Shown here: in pieces, positions 1 to 8,204 of the stretch
Position numbering within the stretch: position 1 is the first letter of the stretch
Layout: every line of letters begins with the position of its first letter
Source of the DNA: Longimicrobiales bacterium
GTDB taxonomy: Bacteria; Gemmatimonadota; Gemmatimonadetes; Longimicrobiales; Gaopeijiaceae
Direction: 5' to 3'
Assembly: GCA_965197725.1 (NCBI GenBank)
Contig: CBDANQ010000026.1
Coordinates: 1 to 25,287 of the forward strand
Length of the DNA: 25,287 nt
Program-made: the position numbers and the translations under genes
The notes under the pieces: model-generated
The model's database searches: none
Told to the model about the DNA's origin: nothing
Seen by the model: only the letters and a program-made list of their open reading frames with translations

Positions 1-36
1 GGCGCCCCGCTCCAATAGCTCGCGTCGCGTCAGCAT
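1..36 (-). CDS. N-terminus (partial, runs off window edge) of a probable Tat-exported protein
   Basis: Minus strand reads GGGAGGGAGGACTC-ATG, then MLTRRELLERGA. Strong RBS plus a twin-arginine (TRRELL) motif. Not in the ORF track. Confidence 0.6.
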   Translation of the reverse strand, partial: MLTRRELLERGA

Positions 37-52
37 GAGTCCTCCCTCCCGG

Positions 53-505
53 TCACCCGGCCTGCGGCCGCCCGTGCGCGTGATAGCGCCCATACGCAAA
101 CAGATAGGCGGCCAGAACCCAGTGGAAGAAGATCGGGATCGTTCCCCCGAACCAGCGCCGTTCCGGGTAGAGCGTCATCACGACGACGTAGCGGATGAGC
201 ATCACCGCGAAGTAGAGGACGCTCAACCAGCGGAGCCACATCCCCATGCGTGGACGCAGGGTCGCGAACCGCCCCCTGCCGCGCCAGAGGTCGCGCGAGA
301 TTCCCCACTGCACGCCGAGGATCGCCATTTGGGTCGGGAGCAGGATCGGATAGGGGATCAGGCCCGAGTACCACTCTTCGTTCGGGGGCAGGAACGTGGG
401 CTCGAAGAGCACGACGATTAGCTGGCCGAGCACTCTCAGGAAGAACGCGGAGGCGAGTCCGGCGAGGAAAAGCGCATAGGATCGCCGCGGGGAGCCGACC
501 GTCAC
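53..505 (-). CDS. Uncharacterised integral membrane protein (~150 aa, about 4 TM segments)
   Basis: C-terminal part of ORF 53..787. Hydrophobic segments YALFLAGLASAFFLRVLGQLIVVLF, LIPYPILLPTQMAILGV, WLRWLSVLYFAVMLIRYVVVM and TIPIFFHWVLAAYLFAYG. Probable GTG start at 505; the longer start overlaps the opposite-strand YdjC-family gene. Confidence 0.75.
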   Translation of the reverse strand: MTVGSPRRSYALFLAGLASAFFLRVLGQLIVVLFEPTFLPPNEEWYSGLIPYPILLPTQMAILGVQWGISRDLWRGRGRFATLRPRMGMWLRWLSVLYFAVMLIRYVVVMTLYPERRWFGGTIPIFFHWVLAAYLFAYGRYHAHGRPQAG

Positions 506-563
506 GCTCTTGACTCTCGCACTTCGTTGACGCGCGGGAAACAGCGTGCGGTAATGCCCGCCC

Positions 564-1457
564 ATGTCGATCATCGAGCAGCTGGGCTTCGGACCTGAGG
601 AGCGGGTGGTGGTCGTCCATGTCGACGATATCGGTCTGTGCCGGGCTGCCAACGATGGCGCTCTGCTGGCGCTCGCCGGGGCCGCAACGTGCGGGAGCAT
701 CATGGTCCCTTGCCCGGGCTTCGAGGAGGTCTCGGAGATCGCACGCGAGCGTCCCGAGCTTGACCTGGGCGTGCACCTGACCCTCAATGCGGAGTACGAG
801 AGCTATCGCTGGGCTCCGCTGCGTGACGACGTCCCAGGCCTGGTCTCGCCGGACGGGGGAATGTGGCGCACGCTCCAGGAGACGACGGAGCACGCCACGC
901 CCGAGGAAGTCGAACGCGAGCTCCGCGCGCAGATCGAGCGTGCGCTCGAGGCCGGCATCGACGTGTCCCACCTGGACAGCCACATGGGAACCGTCATCCA
1001 TCCGAAGTTCGTCGACGTTTACGTGAGGCTCGCGCGCGACTTCGAGCTCCCCGTCTTCATCCCGCGCATCGGTCGAGCAGCGCTGGAGCGGATCGCCAGT
1101 CCGGAGCACGTACGGCTCTACCAGGACCTTCTACAAGAAGTGGAGCGCCAGGGCCTCCCCCTCTTCGACTCGTTCTGCGCGAATTCGCTCTCCTTCGAGC
1201 CGGGCACGGGACACGAGCACAACCGGAAGCGTCTGGAGACCCTCGACTCGGGCCTGAGCTACCTGATCACGCACTGCGCGGTCGGCAACGACGAGCTACA
1301 GCAAATCACGCCTGACTGGCGACAGCGCGACGAGGAGCACCTCATCTACTCCGACGGCACGATGGCGACGGAGCTCGAGGACAGTCAGATCCGCACGATT
1401 GGCATGCGTGCGTTGCGTGAGCTCATGCGAGCAGTCAAGCCCGCGGCTCGCAGATGA
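564..1457 (+). CDS. YdjC/ChbG-family carbohydrate deacetylase
   Basis: Motifs VHVDDIG..N, LGVHLTL, QIERA..G...SHLDSHMG and ITHC are typical of YdjC/ChbG/HpnK. Confidence 0.9.
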   Translation: MSIIEQLGFGPEERVVVVHVDDIGLCRAANDGALLALAGAATCGSIMVPCPGFEEVSEIARERPELDLGVHLTLNAEYESYRWAPLRDDVPGLVSPDGGMWRTLQETTEHATPEEVERELRAQIERALEAGIDVSHLDSHMGTVIHPKFVDVYVRLARDFELPVFIPRIGRAALERIASPEHVRLYQDLLQEVERQGLPLFDSFCANSLSFEPGTGHEHNRKRLETLDSGLSYLITHCAVGNDELQQITPDWRQRDEEHLIYSDGTMATELEDSQIRTIGMRALRELMRAVKPAARR

Positions 1458-1887
1458 ACACGGGAATGTCGCGCTCGGTGCGATCCTGATAGGTCTGGAA
1501 GTCCGGATAGGACTCCACGCAGCGCGGCCAGACCTCGGCCTTCTCTTCTGCGCGCGCCTGCCGAGCTCGGAGCGAGAGCTTCTCCGCACCCACCTGCACC
1601 TCGATGTCCGGATTCGCGACCAGGTTGTGGTACCAGACCGGGTGCGACGGGGCGCCGCCGAGCGATGCCACCAGGATCACCCCATCGCGATACGGCACGT
1701 GCATGAGAGGACGCGTAAGCGTACGACCGGACCTGGCGCCCCGCATGGTGACCAGGCAGATGTCCCTCCCGCCGAGCCTTCCCATGATGCGCCCGCCAGA
1801 CATGCGGTACAGAGCCACGTTGAGCCCGGAGAACAGCCGGATGAAGTTCTTTCCTGGCTGACGCTCTCGATCCCCTTGCTCGCTCAT
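1435..1887 (-). CDS. Deazaflavin (F420H2)-dependent nitroreductase/quinone reductase, Ddn/FDOR-A family
   Basis: Motifs GARSG..(L)TRPL, VASLGG.PSHPVWYHNLVANP and YQDRTERDIPVF. 23-bp convergent overlap with the YdjC-family gene. Confidence 0.92.
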   Translation of the reverse strand: MSEQGDRERQPGKNFIRLFSGLNVALYRMSGGRIMGRLGGRDICLVTMRGARSGRTLTRPLMHVPYRDGVILVASLGGAPSHPVWYHNLVANPDIEVQVGAEKLSLRARQARAEEKAEVWPRCVESYPDFQTYQDRTERDIPVFICEPRA

Positions 1888-1904
1888 GTGACCTGCATCT
1901 CCCT

Positions 1905-1910
1905 AGTATA
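1905..1910 (-). promoter_or_regulatory. Candidate sigma70-type -10 element (TATACT) for the Ddn-like gene
   Basis: TATACT on the minus strand, 17 nt upstream of ATG 1887, in otherwise GC-rich DNA. Confidence 0.4.
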
Positions 1911-2027
1911 CAGCCGCGCCAGGAGAGTCCTCAGCTTCCGGTCCTGTTGTGCCGATGAGTGGACAGGGCTCGGTTTCCGTGGCCTGTCTCGCCACAAGCC
2001 AGGGCCCCCAAGGGGTGCGGGGAAGTG

Positions 2028-2531
2028 ATGCCGGCAAGAGCGGGCCTGATCGGCGCGGGGGTCTGTATGGTGTGCCTGATTGCCGGGCTGACGTTCGTCC
2101 TCTCCACCCGTGAGAGACGCTGCATGCCGCTGGATCTCGAGTTCGAGATTACGGCGAAAGAGAGCCCCAAGAGGAGCCGCCCATGGGACGTGGGTGGCAA
2201 GTCGTACTGGCCGCCAGACCCGATGGGACACGTGACTGTAGTTACGGACGGGAAGCGCTACGTCGAGAGCATCGCGCAGCGGAAAAACACGTATGCGTTC
2301 CGCGGTCGCTTCTACGCAAAGCGGGGCGTGCCGTTGGTTCGAGGCAGCAAGATCGTGGTCGAGCTCCTCGACAAGGACCTGGGCAGTGCGGAAAGCATCG
2401 GGAAGATCTCTTATCAGGTTACGAGCTCCCGTGGGGGAAGCGCCACCTCGAGCAACGGAGCCGTTAAGATGGCCTACACGTGTCAATCCGACGGGAAGCT
2501 CTTCGGGCTCTTCTCCAAGAAGGGGCGCTGA
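2028..2531 (+). CDS. Hypothetical N-terminally anchored protein with a C2-domain-like region
   Basis: Hydrophobic N-terminus (GLIGAGVCMVCLIAGLTFVL) followed by a WD..PDP.GHVTV ... NT ... IVVELLDKDLGSAESIG pattern reminiscent of C2 domains. Start at ATG 2028 or GTG 2025. Confidence 0.6.
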   Translation: MPARAGLIGAGVCMVCLIAGLTFVLSTRERRCMPLDLEFEITAKESPKRSRPWDVGGKSYWPPDPMGHVTVVTDGKRYVESIAQRKNTYAFRGRFYAKRGVPLVRGSKIVVELLDKDLGSAESIGKISYQVTSSRGGSATSSNGAVKMAYTCQSDGKLFGLFSKKGR

Positions 2532-2567
2532 GCTCCAGCCGCCAGTCCTCCGGAGCCGGTCCCGCGC

Positions 2568-4097
2568 TCACGGGCCAGCGCACCGAAAGCTCCGCTCGTC
2601 GTCGACGTCGCCCCGGCCGCTGTACTCCGCGTAACTCGGGTGGGGGCAGAGGGGGCGCGTGAACCTGCGCGGCTGCTCGACGCGCTCGTCCGGCAGCAGG
2701 TGGAACATGGGCGTCGGCCCGGGGTGCCTCGCCACGATCCGATCCGGGACGTCGCCCTCCTCGCGCCAGGCGATCAGGGGATCCACGTAGTCGGCCTGCC
2801 ACGCGCCCGGTCCACCGGAGCAGTGCGTCATGCCCGGCACCATGAACAGGCGGAAGAACTCGGCCGTTCGGCGCGCGCCGCCTGTCGCCTTCTCGGCCTC
2901 CGCCAGGTAGTCGAGCGCCCGCTGCGGGCGCAGGGGGTAGTCATTCCAGCCCTGGTACATCAGGAGCTTGCCCCCGCGATCTCTGAACTCGGTCAGGTCC
3001 GCGGTACGGATGTCGAGCGGGGACGTCACGTCGTCGAGCTGACCCCGGTCGGCGACCGGATCGAACTGTTCGACGTCGAAGTCCGGTTCGTAGCGTTTGA
3101 GCAGCGAGAGGATCTCGCCCATCCCTCCGATGATCGACTCGCTCCCGACCAGCGGGTTCGGCAGCATCCAAAACGCCCAGTCGCCCGCCGCCTCCGCCCC
3201 GGGCGGGACACCGGGAGACAGGAGATTCCCCTCGCCGTCCACGACATCCTCGTACACGGCGCGCGCGGTCTGGATCTGCCCGTCCGTCAGGCAGCCCTCG
3301 CTCTGCCCGCGTTTGCAGGCGAGCGCGCTCAGGTCGAATACCTGCCCCGTGCACCGGCGGGGATCCCCGATCACCCCATCCTCGACCCCGTCCAGGGCGT
3401 CACACGCCGTGCGCGAGGCGTCGTCGAGCAGCTTTAGCGACTCGCGTGTCAGGGGATTCGGCCCTTGCGCCCGGTGGACTCCGAGCATCCAGGAGGCAAA
3501 TTCCTGGAACCGGAATGCCGGTGCGCCGGCGATGATTCCGTCGTAGTCGTCCGGGAAGCGGACGGCTTCCATCAGGGCGGCGCGTCCGCCGTTGGAGCAG
3601 CCCTTCAGGTAGGCGTGGTCGATCTCCCGACCGTAGAAGTGTGTCGCGACCCGCTTCGCGGCGAGTGTCGCCAGGTGAACCCCGCGATAGGCGTAGTCGA
3701 GCAGCGCCTCGGGCTGGCTCCAGAACGCGTTTCCGTCCGACGCCTCGTGCCCGGTGTCGGTCGACGCCATCGCATAGCCGCGGTCCAGGAGACTGGTCGT
3801 GTCGCCGATGGTGCCCGCAAGGCCGCCCACCGTGGAGAACATGAAGCGGCCGTTCCACTCGGCGAGGGGCAGGGTGACCTCGAAGCGGATGGCGCGATTC
3901 ACCACGCCGCGGACGCGGCAATACGCTGACGCCGCTTCGGTGGCCCCCACTACCACGCCGGGCTCGATGGCGTGAGCAAGGTTCGTGAGGCGGTACAGGT
4001 TGCGACACTGCCGAGTGGCGTCCGTTGCCGCCGCTGCGCGCGCGCCCAGCGCCACCCCGATGAGCGCTAGGACGGCCAGAGCCCCGGAGTACTTCAT
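2568..4097 (-). CDS. Tannase/feruloyl esterase family alpha/beta hydrolase, secreted
   Basis: Signal peptide MKYSGALAVLALIGVALGARAAAA, then GYAMASTDTGH, GCSNGGR (nucleophile Ser), YDGIIAGAP, CDALDG..DG, YQGWND and FMVPGMTHCSGG. ATG 4097 forms an ATGA overlap with the upstream stop. Confidence 0.93.
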   Translation of the reverse strand: MKYSGALAVLALIGVALGARAAAATDATRQCRNLYRLTNLAHAIEPGVVVGATEAASAYCRVRGVVNRAIRFEVTLPLAEWNGRFMFSTVGGLAGTIGDTTSLLDRGYAMASTDTGHEASDGNAFWSQPEALLDYAYRGVHLATLAAKRVATHFYGREIDHAYLKGCSNGGRAALMEAVRFPDDYDGIIAGAPAFRFQEFASWMLGVHRAQGPNPLTRESLKLLDDASRTACDALDGVEDGVIGDPRRCTGQVFDLSALACKRGQSEGCLTDGQIQTARAVYEDVVDGEGNLLSPGVPPGAEAAGDWAFWMLPNPLVGSESIIGGMGEILSLLKRYEPDFDVEQFDPVADRGQLDDVTSPLDIRTADLTEFRDRGGKLLMYQGWNDYPLRPQRALDYLAEAEKATGGARRTAEFFRLFMVPGMTHCSGGPGAWQADYVDPLIAWREEGDVPDRIVARHPGPTPMFHLLPDERVEQPRRFTRPLCPHPSYAEYSGRGDVDDERSFRCAGP

Positions 4098-5005
4098 GCG
4101 GTCTCCTCCCGCTGCGTCGCCAGCTTGTCGTACACGAGCTTTGCAGCCGCGATGTCCTCGCAGGCGATGCCGACCGAGTCGAAGACGACCGTGGCCTCCG
4201 ACCCCACCGGTCGGCTGCCATCGAGGAGCTCGCCGAGCTCCGCATAGATCTCGGCGTTGAATCGGCACACGTTGCCAGACTCTGCCAGGGCGCCCTCGCG
4301 CGAGTCGACGATGACGATATGAGACATCGTTGCGGCATCGACCTCGCAGCCGTCTGCGCCTGCGAGACCGACGCTTGCGACTTTCGCGCCAGGGCTCAAC
4401 CACTTCCCTTGCAGCACTGGTTCGCTGGAGTGCGTCGCCACGACTACCACGTCCGCACCGCGCACCGCATCCTCACACGACACTACCTTCGCACCTACGG
4501 CCTCGGCGAGCTGCTCGGCTCGCGCCCGCGAACGATTCCAGATGCGGATCTCCTCGAAGCTCCGAACGTACGCCAGAGCCTCAATGTGACTCCTTCCCTG
4601 CGTGCCGGCTCCCAGAATTGCCAGGGTTTTCACGTCGGGCGCGGCAACAGCCTCGACGTAGCTCGCGGTCACGGCCGCGGTCCGCATCTCGGTGATCAAC
4701 CGTCCGTCCATCGTCACGAGGGGTTCGCCGGTCTCAGGGCGAAACAGGACGATCACACCATTGTGCGTGTGCAGGTTCCTCTTCGCATTTCCCGGATAGA
4801 TGGTGACGAGCTTGGCACCCGCGGCATTCGTACTGACTGCCGGCATGCTCATGAAGAGACCGCCGTGTGACCGAACCTCGAGAGTGCGCCTTAGCGGCTG
4901 CGTGATGCGCCCCTGCGAGTAATCGATCATAGTCTGGCGCATCAGAGGGATCAGCTCCTCCATGCGAAGTACGCTGGCCACCGCCGCTTCATCGATGTAG
5001 CGCAT
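4094..5005 (-). CDS. Ornithine cyclodeaminase / mu-crystallin (ketimine reductase-like) family protein
   Basis: Motifs MPA, AKLVT.YP.N, TG.P..MDG..IT..RTAA, Rossmann ILGAGTQG and SVG.A.ED. RBS AGAGG 5 nt before the ATG. Confidence 0.93.
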   Translation of the reverse strand: MRYIDEAAVASVLRMEELIPLMRQTMIDYSQGRITQPLRRTLEVRSHGGLFMSMPAVSTNAAGAKLVTIYPGNAKRNLHTHNGVIVLFRPETGEPLVTMDGRLITEMRTAAVTASYVEAVAAPDVKTLAILGAGTQGRSHIEALAYVRSFEEIRIWNRSRARAEQLAEAVGAKVVSCEDAVRGADVVVVATHSSEPVLQGKWLSPGAKVASVGLAGADGCEVDAATMSHIVIVDSREGALAESGNVCRFNAEIYAELGELLDGSRPVGSEATVVFDSVGIACEDIAAAKLVYDKLATQREETA

Positions 5006-5146
5006 CTGAACCTCTAGTCGGCGCCGCGCTCGGACGGCATCGAATGGGAAGAGGCGTTGCCATGAGAAAAGAGTCTAGCGCTTGCGAGGGTGAAACCGGT
5101 ACTTGACTACGTGTATCTCAGCAGGCGACGATCATACGGGCGCGTG

Positions 5147-5169
5147 TACAATCCGGGGTCTCCAGACCC
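5147..5169 (+). promoter_or_regulatory. Candidate -10 (TACAAT) followed by perfect inverted repeat GGGTCT-CC-AGACCC
   Basis: TACAAT at 5147-5152 and palindrome at 5156-5169 over the expected transcription start, upstream of the SRPBCC RBS. Confidence 0.4.
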
Positions 5170-5198
5170 ATCACCCACCGACGGAGGAGGGCAAGGTC

Positions 5199-5618
5199 GT
5201 GACAACAGTCAAGGTAGTGGAGAAGGTACCAGCGTCGGCCGCTGATGTGTGGGCCTTACTCGGCGATTTCGGCGGCATCAAGATCTCCGGCATGATCAAG
5301 TCGTTCGAGGTCGAAGGGGAGGGCGTCGGAGCGGTTCGGACCATCGGCCTGGGCGACGGGACCGTGGTGGAGCGGCTGGACCGCTACGATACCAGGCAGC
5401 GCATCCTCACCTACTCGATCACTAACGATGATTGCCCTCTGCCCGTGAGCAGCTACTCGGCCACGATCAAGATCGCAGACGACGGCGACGGCTCGTGCAC
5501 TGTCGACTGGACAGGCACCTTCGAGCCTAAGGGCGTTCCGGAAGAGCAGGCGTCCGCCGTCGTGGAGGGTGTCTACACCGGCGGCATCAAGGGCGCCCGC
5601 AAGCAACTGGGCGTCTGA
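5199..5618 (+). CDS. SRPBCC (START/Bet v1-like, polyketide cyclase/MxaD-like) family protein
   Basis: Motifs VPASAADVWALLGDF, G.GVGAVRT, ERL..YD...R..TYSI and YSATIKI...VDWTGTF. GGAGGAGG RBS before GTG 5199. Confidence 0.88.
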   Translation: MTTVKVVEKVPASAADVWALLGDFGGIKISGMIKSFEVEGEGVGAVRTIGLGDGTVVERLDRYDTRQRILTYSITNDDCPLPVSSYSATIKIADDGDGSCTVDWTGTFEPKGVPEEQASAVVEGVYTGGIKGARKQLGV

Positions 5619-5651
5619 ACACCTCGTTTCGGTGGAATCCTCGACCTAGGG

Positions 5652-7049
5652 ATGCACATGGACCTTATCCTGCGCAACGGAACCGTGGTGACGGCGACGG
5701 ATACGGTTCAGGCCGACGTCGGTATCGAAGGTGGAGTCGTGAAGCAGATCGGTCGGGCCCTCGCCGGCCCTGCCGCTCGCGAGATCGACGTCGCTGGCCG
5801 CTACCTCTTCCCAGGCGGCGTCGACGTGCACACGCACGCGGAGTGCCAGCTCGTCGGAGCGCAGACGATCGACGACTTCTACTCGTCGACTGTTCAGGCG
5901 GCCTACGGGGGCGTGACGACGATCGTGGACTATGCCCTGGGCGCACCCAATCAGACGCTTCTTCAGTCCCTCGAGCAGTGGAACGCCATGGCTCGCAACA
6001 AGACCATCATCGACTACGGACTCCACTCGGTGCTGTTCAAAACGCACGAGCGTACCGTCGCCGAGATGGCCGAGGTCGTTGCCGAGGGCTACACGAGCTT
6101 CAAGATCTTCACCACCGGTCGCTTCGACGCCCAGGTCGAGCGCTTCTATGCTGCGATCGCCGAGGCCGGACGCCTCGGCGCTCTCGTCAACATTCACTGC
6201 GAGGATCAGGCCTGCATCACGCACAAGATGCTGGAACTCGATCGCGACGGACATGCGGGCGATGTTCGCTACTACCCCGATTCGCGTACTCGGAGCTCCG
6301 AGGAAGTTGCCGTGCAGCGCGCGATCCAGCTGGCACGAGCTGCAGATGCGCCGATCTACCTGGTCCACCTCTCGTGCGAAGAGAGTCTCGCGGCCATCAA
6401 CGACGCGCGCGGGCACGGTCAGACCGTCTACGGCGAGACCCGCCCGATCTATCTGCACCTGTCTCGGGAGCGCTATGAGGAGAAGGCTGACGCGGAGCGC
6501 TACTTCTGCTGGCCGCCGCTGCGTGAGGCGAACCAGATGGACGTGCTGTGGCAGGCCCTCGACTCGAACGTGCTGCAGACGGTAGCGACGGATCACATCG
6601 GCTGGACACTGGAGCAGAAGAAGTCACGCCCGAAGCTGGACGAGGCGATTCCAGGCATGGCCAACCTCGAGACGTTGCTGCCCATGCTCTACTCCGAGGG
6701 TGTCGGGAAGGGGCGGCTCTCCCTCAACCGCTTCGTGGAGGTGAGCGCCACGAACCCGGCCAAGCTGTTCGGGCTGTACCCCAAGAAAGGAACGATCGCG
6801 GTCGGCTCAGATGCCGACATCGTGGTGTTCGATCCGGACAAGGAAGAGACGATCCGGGCGGAGAGCATGCACTCGAACCAGGACTGGGAGCTCCACGAGG
6901 GCTTCCGGGTCAAGGGCTGGCCCGAGCTGACGATCTCGCGTGGCGAGGTCATCGTCGAGCGGGGCAAGCTCCTCGCAGAGGCAGGCCGCGGCCAGCTGGT
7001 CAAGCGCAAGCGCTTCTCCGAGATCCAGAACATCGAGAACGTGAGATGA
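5652..7049 (+). CDS. hydA: Dihydropyrimidinase / D-hydantoinase (amidohydrolase superfamily)
   Basis: Motifs PGGVDVHTH, AAYGGVTTIVDY, SFKIF (carbamylated Lys), HCED, VHLS, GETRPIYL, PPLR, ATDH, NPAKLFGLYPKKG and GSDADIVVFDP. Alternative start ATG 5658. Confidence 0.93.
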   Translation: MHMDLILRNGTVVTATDTVQADVGIEGGVVKQIGRALAGPAAREIDVAGRYLFPGGVDVHTHAECQLVGAQTIDDFYSSTVQAAYGGVTTIVDYALGAPNQTLLQSLEQWNAMARNKTIIDYGLHSVLFKTHERTVAEMAEVVAEGYTSFKIFTTGRFDAQVERFYAAIAEAGRLGALVNIHCEDQACITHKMLELDRDGHAGDVRYYPDSRTRSSEEVAVQRAIQLARAADAPIYLVHLSCEESLAAINDARGHGQTVYGETRPIYLHLSRERYEEKADAERYFCWPPLREANQMDVLWQALDSNVLQTVATDHIGWTLEQKKSRPKLDEAIPGMANLETLLPMLYSEGVGKGRLSLNRFVEVSATNPAKLFGLYPKKGTIAVGSDADIVVFDPDKEETIRAESMHSNQDWELHEGFRVKGWPELTISRGEVIVERGKLLAEAGRGQLVKRKRFSEIQNIENVR

Positions 7050-7055
7050 CGGAAG

Positions 7056-7087
7056 ACCGAGGCCCGCTCCCCTGCGAGGCTCTCGGT
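7056..7087. terminator. Bulged GC-rich hairpin between convergent units
   Basis: ACCGAGGCCCGC-TCCCCT-GCGAGGCTCTCGGT pairs as a 12-bp stem with two single-nt bulges. No clear U-tract. Confidence 0.35.
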
Positions 7088-7167
7088 TAGCGGCCGAGGT
7101 ACGGCTCGGGAAGGGCTCCGTTCGCGTAGAGAAGTTCTCGCACCACCGGGACCGACGTATGCGGACT
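7087..7167 (-). pseudogene. Possible 3' remnant of a lost gene (SPHTSVPVVRELLYANGALPEPYLGR*)
   Basis: 26 codons with mostly G/C third positions and protein-like sequence, ending in TAA just before a hairpin. Starts at the lipoprotein stop codon in another frame, with no RBS. Confidence 0.3.
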
Positions 7168-7762
7168 ACGGGATGAGGCCCCGCTTCTCCAGGTCCTCGT
7201 TGGCAGCCTTCGCGATGCCATCGATCACCTCGTCCGCGCTCTCGGGGTTGACCGTACTACTCACCACCGCCCAGAGGAGCTGACCCCCGGCTACGTCGTA
7301 GAGGCTCGTCTCCACGATCACGTGGGTGTCCGTGCGGTAGTGACCGGGCTCCTGGACGACGGTGCGGCCCCAGTAGCCGTAGTAGCCGCCGGGGACGGTG
7401 TGGGTCATACCGGGCACGTACTTCGTCTTGTCTTCGACGCGGACGAGACTCAGGGTGATGGCGCCGTCGATCCCGTGCCGCTCGAGGACAGCGCGCAGAC
7501 GCTTGACGTCCGCCCGGTCCGCTTGGCTCAGCAGGGTGTAGGCCGGCGTCACCTTCGTTCTGGTTGCCGAGCCCGCGATCGCATCCTCGACAATTCGTTG
7601 CCGCAGCTCGTCCGGCAGCGCCGCGATCGCAATGACATGTTTGAACGCGAGGTCCGATGCCACGAGACCCGGGGCGGTCCAGCTATCGACGATCTTGGTC
7701 GTCGAGCAGCCGACGAGCAGAGAGAGGCAGACCAGAGTGAGAAGCGGTTCCGGAATGCGCAT
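7166..7762 (-). CDS. Hypothetical lipoprotein
   Basis: Signal peptide with lipobox LLVG-C (MRIPEPLLTLVCLSLLVGCSTT). Motifs GYYGYW and VETSLYD...QLLW. AGGAGG RBS. Confidence 0.85.
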   Translation of the reverse strand: MRIPEPLLTLVCLSLLVGCSTTKIVDSWTAPGLVASDLAFKHVIAIAALPDELRQRIVEDAIAGSATRTKVTPAYTLLSQADRADVKRLRAVLERHGIDGAITLSLVRVEDKTKYVPGMTHTVPGGYYGYWGRTVVQEPGHYRTDTHVIVETSLYDVAGGQLLWAVVSSTVNPESADEVIDGIAKAANEDLEKRGLIP

Positions 7763-7783
7763 GGAAGATCCTCCTGGACGCGT

Positions 7784-7789
7784 AGTGTA
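7784..7789 (-). promoter_or_regulatory. Candidate -10 (TACACT) for the lipoprotein gene
   Basis: TACACT directly after the upstream TAG stop and 8 nt before AGGAGG. Confidence 0.35.
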
Positions 7790-8200
7790 CTAGCCGTTCA
7801 GCTCTACCGTAGCATGGCCCGGCGAAGTGACCTCTCCGGCTTCGTTCTTTACGAAGATCTCCACCGTGACACGACGGTTGTCGGCATCGATCTCGGTGAC
7901 GACACCACCGGTCGTCAGCGTTTCGCCCAGATACGCCGCGCGCCGGTTGCTGTAGTCGAACCCGACCAGCCGCCCATCTTCGCCTACCCAGTTGATCACA
8001 CACTGCGACAGCCAGTCTCCCTGCAGCGGCCCGTCGATGACGATGCCTGGGTATTTCTCTACCTCGATGGTGTAACGCTCGTCGTAATGGATCCGCTGTG
8101 CGTTCCAGACCGCCGCGTTGTACATGAACAGCGACATGTTGGTCGCGGTGAAGTCTCGGCTCGGAAGCGAGTCTCCGACGCTCAACTGGGACATCTTCAT
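7790..8200 (-). CDS. MaoC-like (hotdog-fold) dehydratase, catalytic half
   Basis: Motifs LFMYNAAVWNAQRIHYD, PGIVIDGPL and YLGETLT..G.V. GAGGT RBS before ATG 8200. Confidence 0.85.
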   Translation of the reverse strand: MKMSQLSVGDSLPSRDFTATNMSLFMYNAAVWNAQRIHYDERYTIEVEKYPGIVIDGPLQGDWLSQCVINWVGEDGRLVGFDYSNRRAAYLGETLTTGGVVTEIDADNRRVTVEIFVKNEAGEVTSPGHATVELNG

Positions 8201-8204
8201 CGGT

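Noticed and set aside
4098..4403. Extended N-termini in the ORF track (tannase to 4403, hyuB to 16121, GGT-like to 11069, membrane protein to 787, PhyH remnant to 9420)
   Set aside because: Most extensions overlap neighbouring real genes. Signal peptides, RBSs, 4-bp overlaps or a promoter-like box support the shorter starts.
7050..7095. Integron attC-like sites at stop codons followed by AAC (also near 13850)
   Set aside because: No RYYYAAC...GTTRRRY pairing, no repeated site family and no integrase.
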